Part shown: in pieces, positions 24,830-39,376 of the stretch
How the letters are laid out: every line of letters begins with the position of its first letter
Numbering within the stretch: position 1 is the first letter of the stretch
DNA from: Octopus vulgaris
Lineage: Eukaryota
Direction of reading: 5' to 3'
Assembly (NCBI GenBank): GCA_951406725.2
Contig: OX597815.1
Location: 94,798,001 to 94,862,000 of the forward strand
Length of the DNA stretch: 64,000 bases
Position numbers and translations under genes: made by a program
The notes under the pieces: model-generated
The model's database searches: none
What the model saw: only the letters and a program-made list of their open reading frames with translations
What the model was told of the DNA's origin: nothing

Positions 24830-25772
24830 GGACGTTTAAGTTGTTAGTAGGGGTTAGTGTTTCGATTTCTTGTTTCTATGTTGGCTCCTGTGTCGGCTAT
24901 AGATTGTTAGTCGGGCAGTGGTAATTCATACTTTTACTGATATAATGATATGTTCAAAACTTTAAAGTTTAAACTTCTTTGCATGTATGTATTATGAGAT
25001 GGTTCTTCTGTAAGTAAATTGAAGAAATGGCAAATTGATGATTTTAAGTTGTTCAGTCGTCCATATCTGTCAATGATGACCACAACTGTTCTACGCCAAA
25101 GTTTGGAATTGTGAGTATTTGATATTTTGCGATTTGTATGTGAGGTGTGTGAGTTTAAATTATTTTTTTCAAATATGGATTGCTTGCATGGTGTTCGTTT
25201 ATAAACTCCATTTCGTAATTGGCGAACCAGGTGGTATTTATCCCCATCGTTGGAGGGATGTTAGTTCTTCATCCTCACAGTTTTCTTTTCTCTAATGTTT
25301 GGTAGTTCTGTCAAAGAGTGCACCTTCACAGCATTTTGAAATTTCAATTTGCACTTCGTTATCAAGTTTCTTGAATTTTTCTTCGTTGGAATTGGATCTT
25401 AGCCGTAACAATTCTATTTCTGCTTTGAATTTTTCTAAAGCCAATTTTGTCCTTGAGTTTTTGTTGGTTTTCTAGTTCATTTCGGATGGGCTTTATTTTG
25501 AGGTTTTTGGGAAGGATGATTGGGGTGAAGTTGAGCCACTTTTCAAAAAGGTCTGCTTTACTATTTTTTATGAAATTCCAGAAAGCAAACTTGTGTACTG
25601 TGAGATTTTAATCCAGATGTTTTTAAGTGTATTTTTAATTGAGCAACAGTCTGTTGTATGCTTCTGCTTTCACACATTTGACCAACTCAATGAATTCAAA
25701 AATTTAATCAACATATCCAATTTAGAATGGAATATAGTCAAGACCAACTTCCATTTCTAGCAATTCTTATTA
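24830..25772. mobile_element. Decayed Penelope-like retroelement fragment
   Basis: + strand 'NEFKNLINI..MEYSQDQLPFLAILI' resembles the PLE RT motif FTME..LPFLD; adjacent sequence looks like decayed coding sequence on the - strand. Confidence 0.45.
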
Positions 25773-25774
25773 TT

Positions 25775-26320
25775 ATGTGTGTGTTGTGTATGTGTGTGTT
25801 ATATGTATGTGTATCTTGTGTGTGTGTGTGTTATATGTATATTATATATATGTTATATATGTGTGTTGTGTGTGTATGTGTGTATTATATATATGTGTGT
25901 TGCGTGTGTGTGTGTATTATATATATGTATGTTGTGTGTGTGTATATTGTGTCTGTGTATATTATATGTATATGTGTGTTGTATGTGCGTGTGTGTGTGG
26001 TGTGTGTGTGTGTGTGTGATGTGTGTGTGTGTAATATGTATATGTATGATGTGTATATGTGTGTATGTATATATATATATATATGTAGTGTGTATGTATG
26101 GCCCGCACACACGCGTAGGCACATGTATGCATGTATATACACACACAAAGACGCGTGCACCCACACCGTGTGTACGCACACACACAAGCACATAGTCAAT
26201 ACCAACACACGCAAGACACATATACACGCATGTCACACGGATACACCCAACAGACCTGGACACGCATGCGAACAGACACATACACACTAACGCACACGCA
26301 ACACACTCATAGACATTAAC

Positions 26321-26353
<33 letters not shown>

Positions 26354-26735
26354 GCACACATATACACACACCATCCAACCCCCAAAAATTCTTTAAACAA
26401 CACACATCTATTTACACCACCCTGGAACCAATCAAAAACAGCCCCCCACACACAAATACATGTATACATATATATGCACACACACAAGGACACACACACG
26501 CACACCAATCTCACCTCCATACATACACACATATACACACGCAGCACCATGCCAAATGCCACCCACACACATACATACATACACACACACACAACACCAA
26601 GACAACCACACACGCGGTTGACAAACAGACACACCATCCTACCAGATCTTACAGACACACAGACACATCTATTCACTCCACATATGTATGTATGCACGCA
26701 CACACACACACACACACACAAAGACACACACACTC
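25775..26735. repeat. Cryptic (TG)-rich block followed by (CA)-rich block
   Basis: Read directly; source of many spurious ORFs. Confidence 0.9.
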
Positions 26736-27393
26736 ACCCCATCCTGACCCCAAAATCATTGATGCTTGAAGGAGAGACAAAAAAAGAAAAAAAGGGTACA
26801 TTCTTTTCAGTTCTAAATTTCTCCTCCTAAAACGGACAGGTCAGTTTTAGCTTCACCACTATTATAATGTAAATCTTTTTGAACTCATAATATTCTGTAT
26901 GTGTATACTGAACATTTTTATATAATTCCTCCTGGAGATTACCTTGAGATGTATAATATATTTGTTTTAATCTTTTCTGCCCATTATTTCAATGAGTTTG
27001 TTAAACTATTTTATATTCTCAACATACTCTTGTCACCAAAGAATGTATATTTATATGAATTATAGTACTCTGTGTGAACCAATATTCTGTGCATGTTTGA
27101 ATATACAGATCCAATACCAATATCAATTCCTTCTGGTAACTATCTTAAGTATGTCCTTGAGAACGATTGTTTATGCAGTAATCTTTTGTGCCCAATATTT
27201 TAAGGAACTTGTTGAACATGTCCTTAACATGTCCCTGTTACCAAAGACTGTATATATGTAATGTAGCAATTTGCAACAACCAATAATTAACGCAATCAAA
27301 CTTCTCCATGTTACTTTTGACAATCTTTTTCCAGAGAGTGAAACCAGTGAAGTAAATAAACATCTTTTAAATTGCATTTTCAAACCTTCTTTC

Positions 27394-27441
<48 letters not shown>

Positions 27442-27445
<4 letters not shown>

Positions 27446-27840
27446 GCTGTGTGGTAAGTAGCTTGCTAACCAACCACATGGTTCCGGGTTCAGTCCCACT
27501 GCGTGGCATCTTGGGCAAGTGTCTTCTGCTATAGCCTCGGGCCGACCAATGCCTTGTGAGTGGATTTGGTAGACGGAAACTTAAAGAAGCCTGTCGTATA
27601 TATGTATATATATATGTATGTGTGTGTGTGTTTGTGTGTCTGTGTTTGTCCCTCTAGCATTGCTTGACAACTGATGCTGGTGTGTTTACGTCCCTGTCAC
27701 TTAGCGGTTCGGCAAAAGAGACCGATAGAATAAGTACTGGGCTTACAAAAGAATAAGTCCCGGGGTCGAGTTGCTCGATTAAATGCGGTGCTCCAGCATG
27801 GCTGCAGTCAAATGACTGAAACAAGTTAAAGAGTTAAAGA

Positions 27841-27843
<3 letters not shown>
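27442..27843 (+). mobile_element. SINE family 1, near full length, inside (TA)n
   Basis: A box TGGCTGTGTGG, B box GGTTCAGTCCC, tail TGAAACAAGTTAAAGAG. Confidence 0.92.
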
Positions 27844-27891
<48 letters not shown>

Positions 27892-28507
27892 GACGCTCAG
27901 ACAATCAATGTCAGCCATATTGAATATATATGCATACTTATTTCAATTATCGCTGCTGTATTTTCCAGTATTACTAACCCGCTCGTAGTCAAAATGAGTT
28001 ATATGTTTAGAGGACATAGAATATTGTAAATGAAACAGATCGCATGTACTTATAAAATATAATACAATATCATTTTGTCAGTAAATTATTAATAATGTTT
28101 CTAAAATGATACAAAGATGAGAGATATCCATTTATTTACTTGCAATAACGACTGAAAGCTACTGCTAATTGTATATATTTCAAGTCTTATCTATCAGCTT
28201 TATTTTCTAGTTATTACCATTATATAGATCGTAACAAACCTAATTACTCTTTTTACTGGAATATTGTCAATTGCTTTTTTTCCATTAGATTATTTTTGCT
28301 TCCTGTAATTAAAGTTGAAATAGTTTATAACTTTAATTTCTACTGTAGTTTAAGATATACTTTTGTATTGCAATTAGAAACATTATTACTGTAGAAACCT
28401 CCACTTATATCAGCGAGGGTACTAATCTTCCTGGCGCATGCCTGCATACATATACATACACAAAAATGTACATATACTTTAAACAAATTTCTACGTGGTG
28501 ATCGTTG

Positions 28508-30944
28508 TGTAGTGCGATAGATAGACAGTACAAGGTGTTGATGTGGCTACGTGTATGTTATTACAAAGGTTCATACAGAGATGAAAGGATAAATACAAAA
28601 TCTATACATGTACTACAAAAAAATATATTTAATTCTTCTATCGATGATAATACATAGCATCAAATAGTAGAAGCTAGTTCAATGAAGCAATCTATGCAAG
28701 AAAGTTCAGAGATAGGAAATGTAGAACAACAGTCATATATACTCTAGGGCATAGAGAAATAGACGTTCATAGCAACGACGTGAATGACTCTAATCGAAAA
28801 AGCGAGAAGCTGGGTTAGCAAACTTTTTTTTATTAATGAAACTCTAGACATTTTTGAAACTTCCAAGAGAAACGTCGAGCTTCTTGAATAATCAAGAATC
28901 ACGTTTTGTGACAACGATCCTTCGAGAAACTCAGAAAAAGAAGGTTACTCTGTGATCTTTCTTGCAAGGGAGATTCAACTCAAGCGATTATATCTGCTAT
29001 GAATCATCCTGTATTATCAATTTTCACAGGAGACATCGCTGTTTGGTCTGTTCAGTTGGAAGCATTTTTTTACGCAAGCAAGCACAATTCAGAACAACAG
29101 CACCTCTAAATTTTACTTAGCTCTATACCACCATCATTAATTGGAGAATTGTGAGATATTATTACAGCTCCACCGGTAGATGCAACGTATTCATCAATCA
29201 AGAACGAAATTTTAAGACGAACATCGCTCTCTTCTGAAAAGAAATTCCCAAACCTTCCGAACGACGAGCATTTAGGAGACCGAACACCATCACAAATGCT
29301 CAGAAAAATGCGGTAGCTTACAGAAGACAAACCTGTTGAAAGTAAGTTGCTTAAACAACTCTTTTTCTCCAGATTGCCACAGTATGTTCAAAGTACTCTC
29401 GCCCATTTGACTGACGTTAGCACAGACGACCTACTTGCAGCATCGGCAGATAAAGTTTTGGAGTATACAAAATCTAATCGAGAATAGAACAACTATCCCT
29501 TGCCAGTTGCTACGGCTCCCTCTGAATTTAAGCAAATTCGTGAGTCTACACAGAAGACTATAGACAAGCTAGTCGCTGACGTTCGTCTCTTGCATATCAA
29601 CAGTTCTTCAAGGCGTCGTTTTCGTCGTTCTAATTCTCGTCTTCCTAGCAGATCAAGACATTTTCTGCTGGTGCCATTATAAGTTTGGTTCTGCAGCTAA
29701 GAAATGTATTTCACCTTTTACATTTAAACGTCAGGAAAACTTAAAACTTGAACTCCGAACGTGACCGCAGATCCTGGCTCATTTTCTTCCTAGTCGCACA
29801 TTTTTCATACTAGATTTCGAGTCAAAGAAGGAATTTCCGGTCGATTCCGGAGCGTTTGGCAGTGTCTGGGCGTTTAAATTTGATAAAGAAAACTTTTCGC
29901 TTCTGACATATCTTTTTAAGCAGCCAACATCTCTCTAATTAAACTTTCGGTGAGATTTCACTCGTACTGGATCTGAACCTCAAACGAAGTTTCCAGTGGG
30001 TTTCCATTATAGCTAACCTTCCTCACTCAATTTTAGGAGCTGATTTTTGCCAGCATTTTTCGCTGTTAGTGGATGCTAAAATAAAGAGATTTATTGATAG
30101 CAGTACACAGTTATGCGGTTTAGGAAGACATTTCAATTCCACATTTGTCAGCCCACTACTCTTTATTGCGGCTAAATCATACAAATGTCAAGCCTTGCTT
30201 CAATCCTATCCTGAGTTAACAAATTTCACTTTGATATTAATGCTTCAACTCACACAACTACTCATCATATAACCACCAATGGATCTGTCTCGCGTCTTAG
30301 ACGTTTTACCACCTGAAAAACTCAAATCTGCTAAAGCAGAGTTCCACCACAAGCTCCAGCTTGGAATAATTCGTCCTTCAAAGAGTAGCTGGTCATCATC
30401 ACTCCATTTAGTGAAAAAGAATTCTGGCAGCGTGTTCGAATCACGCCAGAGTCACCAATTAATGTAGTGAAATATATAAACAGTAGAAGGTGTTGATGTG
30501 GCTATGTGCATGTTATTACAAAAGTTCATACATAGATGAAAGAATAAATACAAGATCTATACATTTACTACATAAAAATATATTTAATCCTTCTATCGAT
30601 GATAGTACATGAAATCGAATAGTAGAAGCTAGTTCAATGAAGTAACCTACTCTAGAAAGATCAGAAACAGGAAATGTAGAACAGCGAAGTGGTGGATTTC
30701 AGTCATATCTTCTGTAGAGCGTAGAGAAATAGACGTACATAGCAACGACGTGAATGGCTCTAAGTCTAATCAACTAAGAAGCGAAAAGCTGAGCTAGCAA
30801 ACTGTTTTTTTGTTAATGGAACGTTAGACATTTTAGAAACTTCCAAGAGAAATGCCAAGCTTCTTGAATAACCAAGAATCACGTTTCGTGATAACGATGC
30901 TTCGAGATACTCAGAAAAGGAAGGTTACTATATGATTTTTCTTG
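28508..30944 (+). mobile_element. Degenerate Gypsy LTR retrotransposon with most of pol deleted
   Basis: Diverged direct repeats ~28508-28965 and ~30463-30944 starting TGTAGTG; gag remnants (AVWSVQLEAFF, LGDRTPSQMLRKM, LFFSRLP, CWCHYKFGSAAKKC), protease (VDSGA, ILGADF), RT start (LPPEKLKSAKAEF..LGIIRPSKSSWSS.LHLVKK). Confidence 0.88.
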
Positions 30945-31140
30945 AGATCATTCAATTATCTAGCTACCTACACCGCTACAGTTGTAATCAACAATAAGGA
31001 ATGTCTCAGTGTGACAAGTAGATAAATGATACTTGGTGCTTATAGTTTTTGCTAACATGCTTTATATATTCAACATCTCATCTTCCCAGAGAAAACTTCC
31101 CGAAAATGTGAAATACACACACACACACACACACGCACAT

Positions 31141-31171
<31 letters not shown>

Positions 31172-31187
31172 ATATATATAATATATA

Positions 31188-31223
<36 letters not shown>

Positions 31224-31226
<3 letters not shown>

Positions 31227-32256
31227 TTATATATATAAAACTGAGAATGTGTGTCTCTCTGTCTGTCTGTGTGTTTCCCTAAAACTTGAGAACTACACAA
31301 CCAATTTCATTCAAATTTTACACATGCCTTACTTAAGGTCCATCTAGTTTCATGGGCAAAACAAATGTTCAACTTCTTGCCTAGAGCGAGCCCATAACAA
31401 TATCATATCTTCTCCACTATTTCAGTATTACGTGTTAAAAGTGAAACAAAAACATTTCTATATTTTATGTCAGATACTATCACTTTAACAACAAAAATAA
31501 TAATAACAATTGAATTATATGTAGTAAGTAATAATTAAAATCAAACTAAAGTATAATATAATCGTAACATAACAAAAGTAAAAATAGCAATTGGTATAAA
31601 ATTGCATCAATGCCTTGAACTTGAATAAGTGGTTTCACATGAATGGGAATAAATTAAAAATACAATTAGCGTGCAGAAATGGAATAGTCCAGATGGATAA
31701 TAAAAAATTAAATTAAAGAAAAGACTATTGTCTATAAAGTATACAATGTAGAGAAAAAAGATTTGAACACATGGCGGAAAGCACCTTCGAAAAGTGTCTT
31801 GGTGTGACTATGAAAGATATCTAATCAGAGGCGGTAAATTCGCCACAATAGAAGCAAGGTTCGAGTCAACGGAGCGTGCAGGGGAGTACTCGACTCGAAC
31901 TTGCAAAGTGGAAATATTTTATTTTTACATTTATATCTGGGACGTAGGACGTCCCGGAAAAAATTTTAAATGCCCCCCCCCCCTAGAAGTAGAGGTAGGC
32001 TGGATTGTAGCTACACTTCTATAGAAGAGGGAGGACAAGATGCAATAGATCGAAATTACAAGAGACGGGCTAACAATTCCAGTCTGTTATATATTTTGAG
32101 TATTGTTATCACTAGCGATATCAAGATATAACCTTATATTTTGTATTTTATGTTGTAGATGTATATATATATGTACATGTAATATGTAGACATATATATA
32201 CATATATATACATGCACTAGCACTATGACCCGGCAACGACGGGTCTCTAATGCTAG
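31224..32256 (+). mobile_element. Complete non-autonomous Helitron (~1.03 kb)
   Basis: 5' A|TCTTTATATATATAAAACTG followed by (GTCT)n; 3' hairpin GACCCG-GCAACGA-CGGGTC then CTAG|T; no TSD. Confidence 0.82.
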
Positions 32257-32261
32257 TATAT

Positions 32262-32452
32262 ATACAAAGGGAAAGTTTACGAAAATAAACAAAAGACGAA
32301 GGCGGGTGGTGTACAAATAGATGTATTAGTATAGCGCTCAGGAATAGAAAAAGTCTTTTACATTTCGAGCCTACGCTCTTCTACAGAAAGATACACAGAA
32401 AAAACAAGGAGAGAAAAAAATGTGTGAAGTAGCTAACGATCTATCATGGCGA
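32262..32452 (-). mobile_element. Second copy of the 190-bp repeat with variant hammerhead (32354-32391)
   Basis: Reverse complement of 18017-18210; tcttt-CTGTAGA-a-gagc gtag gctc-GAAA-tgta-aaaga. Confidence 0.75.
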
Positions 32453-32534
32453 ATATATATATATATATTCTTAACGGGATGATAGGTTGGAGAGAGTAAC
32501 TACGCAACGGAAGCTGTGATGATAAAAAATGTTG

Positions 32535-32690
32535 GTATAAGGCCAGCAAATTCGAGGTGGAGATAAATCGATTACATCGACTCCAGTGCTGGTACTTATT
32601 TTATTGACTCCAAAATAAAATAAGACAGACGAAATGTGTGAAGCATTCTGCTTGGCGTACTAAAGAGTCTACCAGCTCGCTGCCTTCTGA
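32535..32690 (-). mobile_element. SINE family 2 fragment
   Basis: Similar to the reverse complement of 52053-52265. Confidence 0.65.
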
Positions 32691-35224
32691 TATTATAATA
32701 AAAATGTTATCAGTTTCCGAAGCTAACGAATATACAAGTACGAAATAGAATACATGTATACACGTAGAAGATGATAATGAGAATAGAGCTTATAGAAATG
32801 ATAACGAAACAAAACAAAAATAATAATTTATGTAAAATAGAAAGAAAAGTTATGGTTGCAAGAATGCAGCTTTTAAGAATGTCTGAGTTTCTGCGAGTTA
32901 TTGTTCCTATGACTTTCTGTAATAAATACTGACAGGAACTAATGATAGCATCTCAAATATCAAAGTGTTTGTTGTACACTTGGTGTCCATGTAACAAATA
33001 CGAGAAGAGAGATAAAGGGAGACAGAGAGAGAAAAGAGAGAGAGAGAGTGAGAAAGAAAGAGAGGTATTATGTTTTTTGAAAAAATGTGTGCCGTTTATA
33101 AGTGATTTTGAATGGGTTATCCTTGATAACAATGTAATTTTCGGCTGAGCGTGTACTAAAAAATTAGTTTCTAGATTAAAAAATAAAACAAGAATCAAAG
33201 ATATTACTAAAAGCAACAATAAACAGTGATTAAAAGTTGAAAGTATATTAGAGAAAAAAATTATTTAATTATAGATAACATAACTCTAAAGTGCTGAAGA
33301 GTAATGTGGAAGAGCACAAGAAGGGAATGTGGGTATGGAACAACTAATTTAAAGTATAATATTTTTGGGAATGTTCTGTGGATATGACTAGATTGGTCAG
33401 CCTGGGTCATTAAAATGTCATAAATAATTGGAGAATATATTGGATAGACTTTCACTATCTATTAGTGGATTTATAGTCTAGATATGTATTCTATTTATAG
33501 TCTAGATTGTGTAAGATGCTAGAAGTAGAGAATTGTTCGGCTACTATATGATTTGGTAGTAGCGTTGTTTATTGTGTAGGTTACAAGGATATTATAATAG
33601 GGCCGTGATCTGGCTTATTACTTAAAAGTGTGAAGAGCAAAAAAAATGGACAGTTAGATCAAAGAAATGCATAGAATCAAAAGAAAGTAGAAACCATCAA
33701 TATAAGTAAGAATTTTAAGATAAAACAAAGAAAATATGAGAGGAGATAGTAACAAATAATATCAAATAAATAGAGATTTGAAATCAGTAAGTTATGAAAA
33801 GGACAAAATTGACAACGAAGGATACAGAGATGTAGTTATAAGTTAATAATATGCGGAATATGTGGATAAAGGGAAATATTCAAAAGATGAAGCAAGGAAT
33901 AATTCTGTAAAGAAGTATGACTGGGAGAAAGTTTGTAATAAAATTAGTAATTAAGTGTTTATGTATCAATTATTAATTATTTATTACTAGTAATTGTTTA
34001 TGAGTTAGTAATTATAATTTAAGGGATAAGAATAATATAGTACTGTGTTGTTGTGTGGTGGTATAGAAACAGCAGCGAGATCTAATGACAGTAAAATAGG
34101 GAAAATGCAAGTGGCAAGTGGTAATTATTAGAGATGAGTTTGTTATTAGAATAGAAATGTACTTGGAAAAAAAAAGAGGTTGCATGTAAAAAAAATCTTT
34201 AGGAACGTCTGATTATTAGAGAGTTCTACGCTGTGTGGCATATCTTTAATCATAGGTTTTCTTTGTCAAAGCTGAACTGGGCCTGATTATAACGTGAAAT
34301 GAAAGTCTACTTTCCTTTGTCGGATTGACTAAAATGTAGTGAGAGAAGGGAACTGTACAGCAGTCTGTCAGAGAGGCTTTTCAACTTCTACAGCGTTACA
34401 TCTAAACCATCGCCCAGTTTAACACAACCACATAACAGTTGGGTACATTTGCCGCATTACATTCCTTCATTCGGATCTGGCACCTGATTCGGGCCTGGAG
34501 ACCTACACAGGCATTTCAGCATACACTTTGCGATTTTTTTCTAGTCTTTTAAACGGTTGAGCGTAATTTCGAGGGAATTTGTCTCCAATTTCCAGCATAC
34601 CAAGCAACCCACGAAGAAACTTTCACGTTGACACGTATCTTATGCCTGGTGGGGAAAAGACACATTCAATGTGTTAATTTATGCACATTGCATTTTTTGT
34701 CCTTCAGATTTCACAATCAAATAAACCTAATTTTTTTTTTTAGTCGTATTTACCACTTACACGAACTTCAAATATCTTTTAGAAACTAGCTCGATGTAAA
34801 GATAATAGCAATAGGCATATTAAGTGCATTGATTTATTCATAACTAAATACTTGTGATATCAAATTGAATATATTTCCTTCATTGTTTCAAAAAAAGAAA
34901 ATTGTCCGGAAGACGAAACTTTATAATTAGATTTTTGTAAATAGTGAGAATCTTTACTAAAGTAGTTATATCCATTATGCGCTACAGGTGGTAATAAATG
35001 GTAAGTACGAATACAGTTTAGTGTTGGCAATGGCTGAAGGGACAGCAGTTCGCTGACACGCTATATAATTTGATTTACTAATAATATTTTCCAAATTGGA
35101 AACGCTTCCAGATTTTAGTTAAACTGTCGTTTAATTCAATCTGAATGGTTATCGTCTGCAGCTGGAATTGCTGTTCATTTTTATTGTTTTGAAGTTATGG
35201 CTTGTTCTTTACGTTGAAAATCTA

Positions 35225-35284
<60 letters not shown>

Positions 35285-35568
35285 GCATAAACACACATAC
35301 ATATCTATATGCATACATACATGCATACATCAAAACACATACACACACACATATATATGTATATATATTGATAGATATAGAGAAAATAGATAATCTGATA
35401 TTTTTGCATCCCCAGACATTCAGATATATTTATATTCATTGATGCGTATGTATGTATTTTTGTGCGACCTTGTGTATATATATTCACATATTAATGTATA
35501 TATTATATAAAACCTCTAATATAAATATGAATCTATTTATTTATTATTTATTATCTCTCTTTCTATTT

Positions 35569-35600
<32 letters not shown>

Positions 35601-35825
35601 TGCTAATAAGAAAGTGGAGAAGTACAATAGTTGGTTCATCAACTTTAGGACATTAAAATGTTAACTTATTTATTTATTAAAATTATATATTCCAGTACAC
35701 ATGACCAGCGCGAACAACAAGAGATCTAGGGTGGCCACCTCCGAGCCTCTACAAATACCAGGAGCTTTTTACTGTCCCACCAACGCAAAACCCTATACCT
35801 CAGTGACTTAGTTACATGTAATCAA

Positions 35826-36360
35826 TCAATGCGCATGGCCCTAACAGAAACACATCTGAAGGCTAACATGTCAGATGCTGAGATACAGATACCAAATTAT
35901 GTTTATTTCTAATTGACAGTAGAGTAAGAAATCATTGTGGAGTTGAAATGTCCGCATGGGAATATCTTACACATGTAGTCCTGCTGTAAAACTCAAACTT
36001 AGGTTTGTGACAGTTTGGTAGTGCAATGAAAAACAATGAAAATGGTAACATGTTGTACATGTTTCCCACCAGAAACTCCAAATCATAAGAAATTATTTGC
36101 AAAGAGTATAACAAAATAGAAGTATTAACCAATCTAGGTGACAGACTTGGCATATTCTAGGAATCTTCAACCTCCCTGATGTTGAATGGCTTTAGGGCCA
36201 TCTTCTCTCATATATGTCACTGCATGAACAGAAGCAAGCAGAGTCTCTGACTAACCACACAAACTCTTTTCCAGTCTGAACTTTCATGAACCTGATATGA
36301 AGGGTATTCAGAAAAAAATCTGCCAATAAGTCTCTCTACGCAAGATATTGGATTCAAATT
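35826..36360 (+). pseudogene. Decayed CR1-like APE endonuclease fragment
   Basis: ALTETHLKANMSDAEIQIPNY..., R.R..GV, ILGIFNLPDVEW (GDFN motif). Confidence 0.7.
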
Positions 36361-36364
36361 TCGA

Positions 36365-36562
36365 TCCAAGGCCAGCAGATTCGGGGGAGGTAGTAAGTCG
36401 ATTGCATTGACCTCTAGAGCTTAACTGGTACTTACCATATCGAACCCGAAACGATGAAAGCAAAGTCAACCCAAGCAGCATTTAATTCAGATTGTAAAGA
36501 CAGACGAAATGCTGCTAAGCATTTCACTCAGCGCGATAACGTTTTTTCCAGTTCGCCGCCTT
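36365..36562 (-). mobile_element. SINE family 2
   Basis: Reverse complement similarity to the 52053 copy, including head GGCGGCGAACTGG. Confidence 0.75.
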
Positions 36563-37746
36563 AGTCTCTTCTCAAGATATTGACATACAGCTACAGCACT
36601 TTATCACAATATTGCATTACATATGCAGTAAATTTGCTCCACAGAGAATGTATAACTGGTAGAAAAAACATAATCCCCAGGGACAGAAAGATCCAAATGA
36701 GAGGACAAGCAAAAATCTCCACAGAGGAAGCACGGATATGCAAAGAAAATACTTTCCTACAAAAGAACAAAATCAGACTCAACAAACATTAACAAATCAC
36801 ATTCACATACAACTATTCATATACAAAACTCATTCTGCCAACGTAAGGAATCTACACAGCTAAAAACCTAAACTTTAGGCACTGGACTGCATACAAAGGA
36901 CTCTGCCATCACACATTAAATTTGATGTGCCCTGATTGTAATTAAGCATGTTCACTCAACCGTGTCGGCTTTCATCTTAGGCGCTAAAAATACTGCCACA
37001 TGGCACGAACGCACGGACGTAGCGGGAGACATACAAAAGGTTCTAAACTTAATCACGTGTTCATTCTCTGCAAACACTTGACAGAAAATATTCAGAGCAT
37101 TGATTGTTTACTGCTACCACTTGACTTGTTCAGTCAACTGTGTCAGCTTTAACTGACGACGCTAAACATTGTCACACATTTCTAAGACGAATCATGTGAC
37201 TAGCCTCTACCAATCAAACTCTATTCAAAATATATACTAATTTGAGCCACGAACTCCCTATAAAAATAGGGCAAGCTTCAAACACTACTCCGAAGCAAAA
37301 CAGCTGCGGCATAAGCCAGGTCTTTCTATTTCAAGTTTTTGAAGATGAGTTTAAACTGTGAAAGCGGTTGTATCTTTAAATATAATAATAGAAAATATAT
37401 TAGCTATTCTCAGTGCATTTTCAACTTCAATTTTTGCTATATGTATATATACATAAAATGTGTGCGCTCGCGTATTTTGTCTATATATCCGTGTGTCTAT
37501 CTATCTATCTCTCCCCCAAAAGAAAAGCTCTACTTTGTAATCTGTCCCATCTATGGTTATTAGGGATAGAAGCAGTACTAGTTCAAAATAGCATTCTGTA
37601 TATCATGATATTTCATACAGTTTAAGGATTTTACACGGCACTTTCAAGTTAAGGTGGATGTGAAAATTCATACTCGTTACAAAGACTGCTTCTGTCGCTT
37701 ATAGCTAATACATGCTTACACGCACAAACACACACACACACACACA

Positions 37747-37787
<41 letters not shown>

Positions 37788-38673
37788 ACACATACACACA
37801 CACAGTGAGAAAGAAAATAAGTATAAATCTTTACGTCGTACAAAATATTTAAGATTGTAATTAACCGTTTTACTGTTTTGTTAAGTTTGGTTGCATCACA
37901 CCATTTATACATTGCATGTTGTTTTTATTCTTAAACAAAAGGTGAGATAAAACCAATTATTTTATGAATGGGCATGTTACGAACAAGAACAATGTTCTAA
38001 CAATACTAATTTAAACAAAAAATATAATAATACTTTTGTTGATCACTAAGTTAAGACGGCTATATAGAAAAAAATATTAAGAATAACAATGAAATGTTCA
38101 ACGCTAGCTGCGAAACACATAATGATTGGCGCTGAAATACAAAAGTATTGGTAATAGCAAAAATATGTGACTTTTGTCGAACAAAAACTTCAGAAAAATA
38201 ATTAGGTTTAGAAAGATATTTTTTTTCTAAAGGCTACATATTAATAACACTGTATTTAGTTCCCTTCATGTGACATGGAGTTTTAAATTGATGAATATAT
38301 ATATAAATAATGAATCTCTTATGATAATAATTGATAAATAAATATGGAAAGGAAACTACTTCAAAATAATCCATGATTCATTCGTAAAACAAAATTCAAT
38401 CTTAAATGATTCAACGTTTTCGCATCAAATTTATTCAAAATTTGTTGCACTTCTTGAGTAAATATTTTGCTTTATATATAATTGCCTGTATGTAAGTAGG
38501 TTAGTATGAGTTCATGTATTTGTACATGGTAAGTTATTATATGGAGTTCTGTTCTTGTATTGCGTTTTTCACACGTCTCGCTGTATTCTATGCGCAGGAA
38601 TCTGGCATTCGAATGTAACCTGATTTGCTTATACGTATAGGATATTATCCTTACACACACACACAAGTACATA

Positions 38674-38853
38674 GGGCAGGTATGGCTGTGTAGTACGAAG
38701 CTATAGGCACAGGCGCAGCCGTGTGGTAAGAAGCTTGCTTCCCAATCACATAGTTGCAGATTCACTTCCACTGCATGGTACCTTGGGCAAGCATGGGGTC
38801 AACCAAACCATTGTGAGTTGATTTGGTACACGGAAACTTAAAGAAGCCCGTCA
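38674..38853 (+). mobile_element. SINE family 1, 5' half with duplicated head
   Basis: Two successive head starts (38674 and 38706). Confidence 0.75.
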
Positions 38854-38865
38854 TATATGTGTTTG

Positions 38866-38894
<29 letters not shown>

Positions 38895-38901
<7 letters not shown>

Positions 38902-39245
38902 ATTGGTAGAAATAACAACAAATATATATATATACGTCGTAAGACACCCGCTGTTTTTGTCCTGTTTACTATTCTTGTTTTTTATTTCTATTTTTTGTTT
39001 CGTGTGGCATCCTGTTCTTGTTTCGTATACATTCGATCCTCTTTCCAAGAAATCTAATGCCCGTGGCTTAGTTTTTCTTTGGGGCTGGCCGGATCGGAGC
39101 GATATCGAGATTAAACAGCCGAAATTGCTAAGATGATCCGGTTCCCGACTGAAGATTAGAGGCTTCGAGTGTCCCATCTGTTTTCTTGTGTCGTCTCTTT
39201 GTGTGTTTTTGCGTTCTTCTCCCACTTTGTAATTTATAATTTATA
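38895..39245 (+). mobile_element. Short dispersed repeat between microsatellites (partial second copy at 24409-24505)
   Basis: Shared cagccgaaattgc.a.gatgatccggttc..gactgaagatt and tttgcgttctt segments. Confidence 0.65.
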
Positions 39246-39256
39246 TTTAATTTCTA

Positions 39257-39344
<88 letters not shown>

Positions 39345-39376
39345 CATACATACATACATACATACATACATACATA

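Noticed and set aside
37335-37375. ttgaagat-gagtttaaact-gt-gaaa hammerhead-like string
   Set aside because: The core is altered and there is no convincing stem I or III.
39115-39170. Possible type II hammerhead (GAAA...AUC cgg ttc ccg a CUGAAGA), also at 24409-24450
   Set aside because: Stem II needs a 5-nt insertion and stem III is weak; the second copy disrupts stem I.
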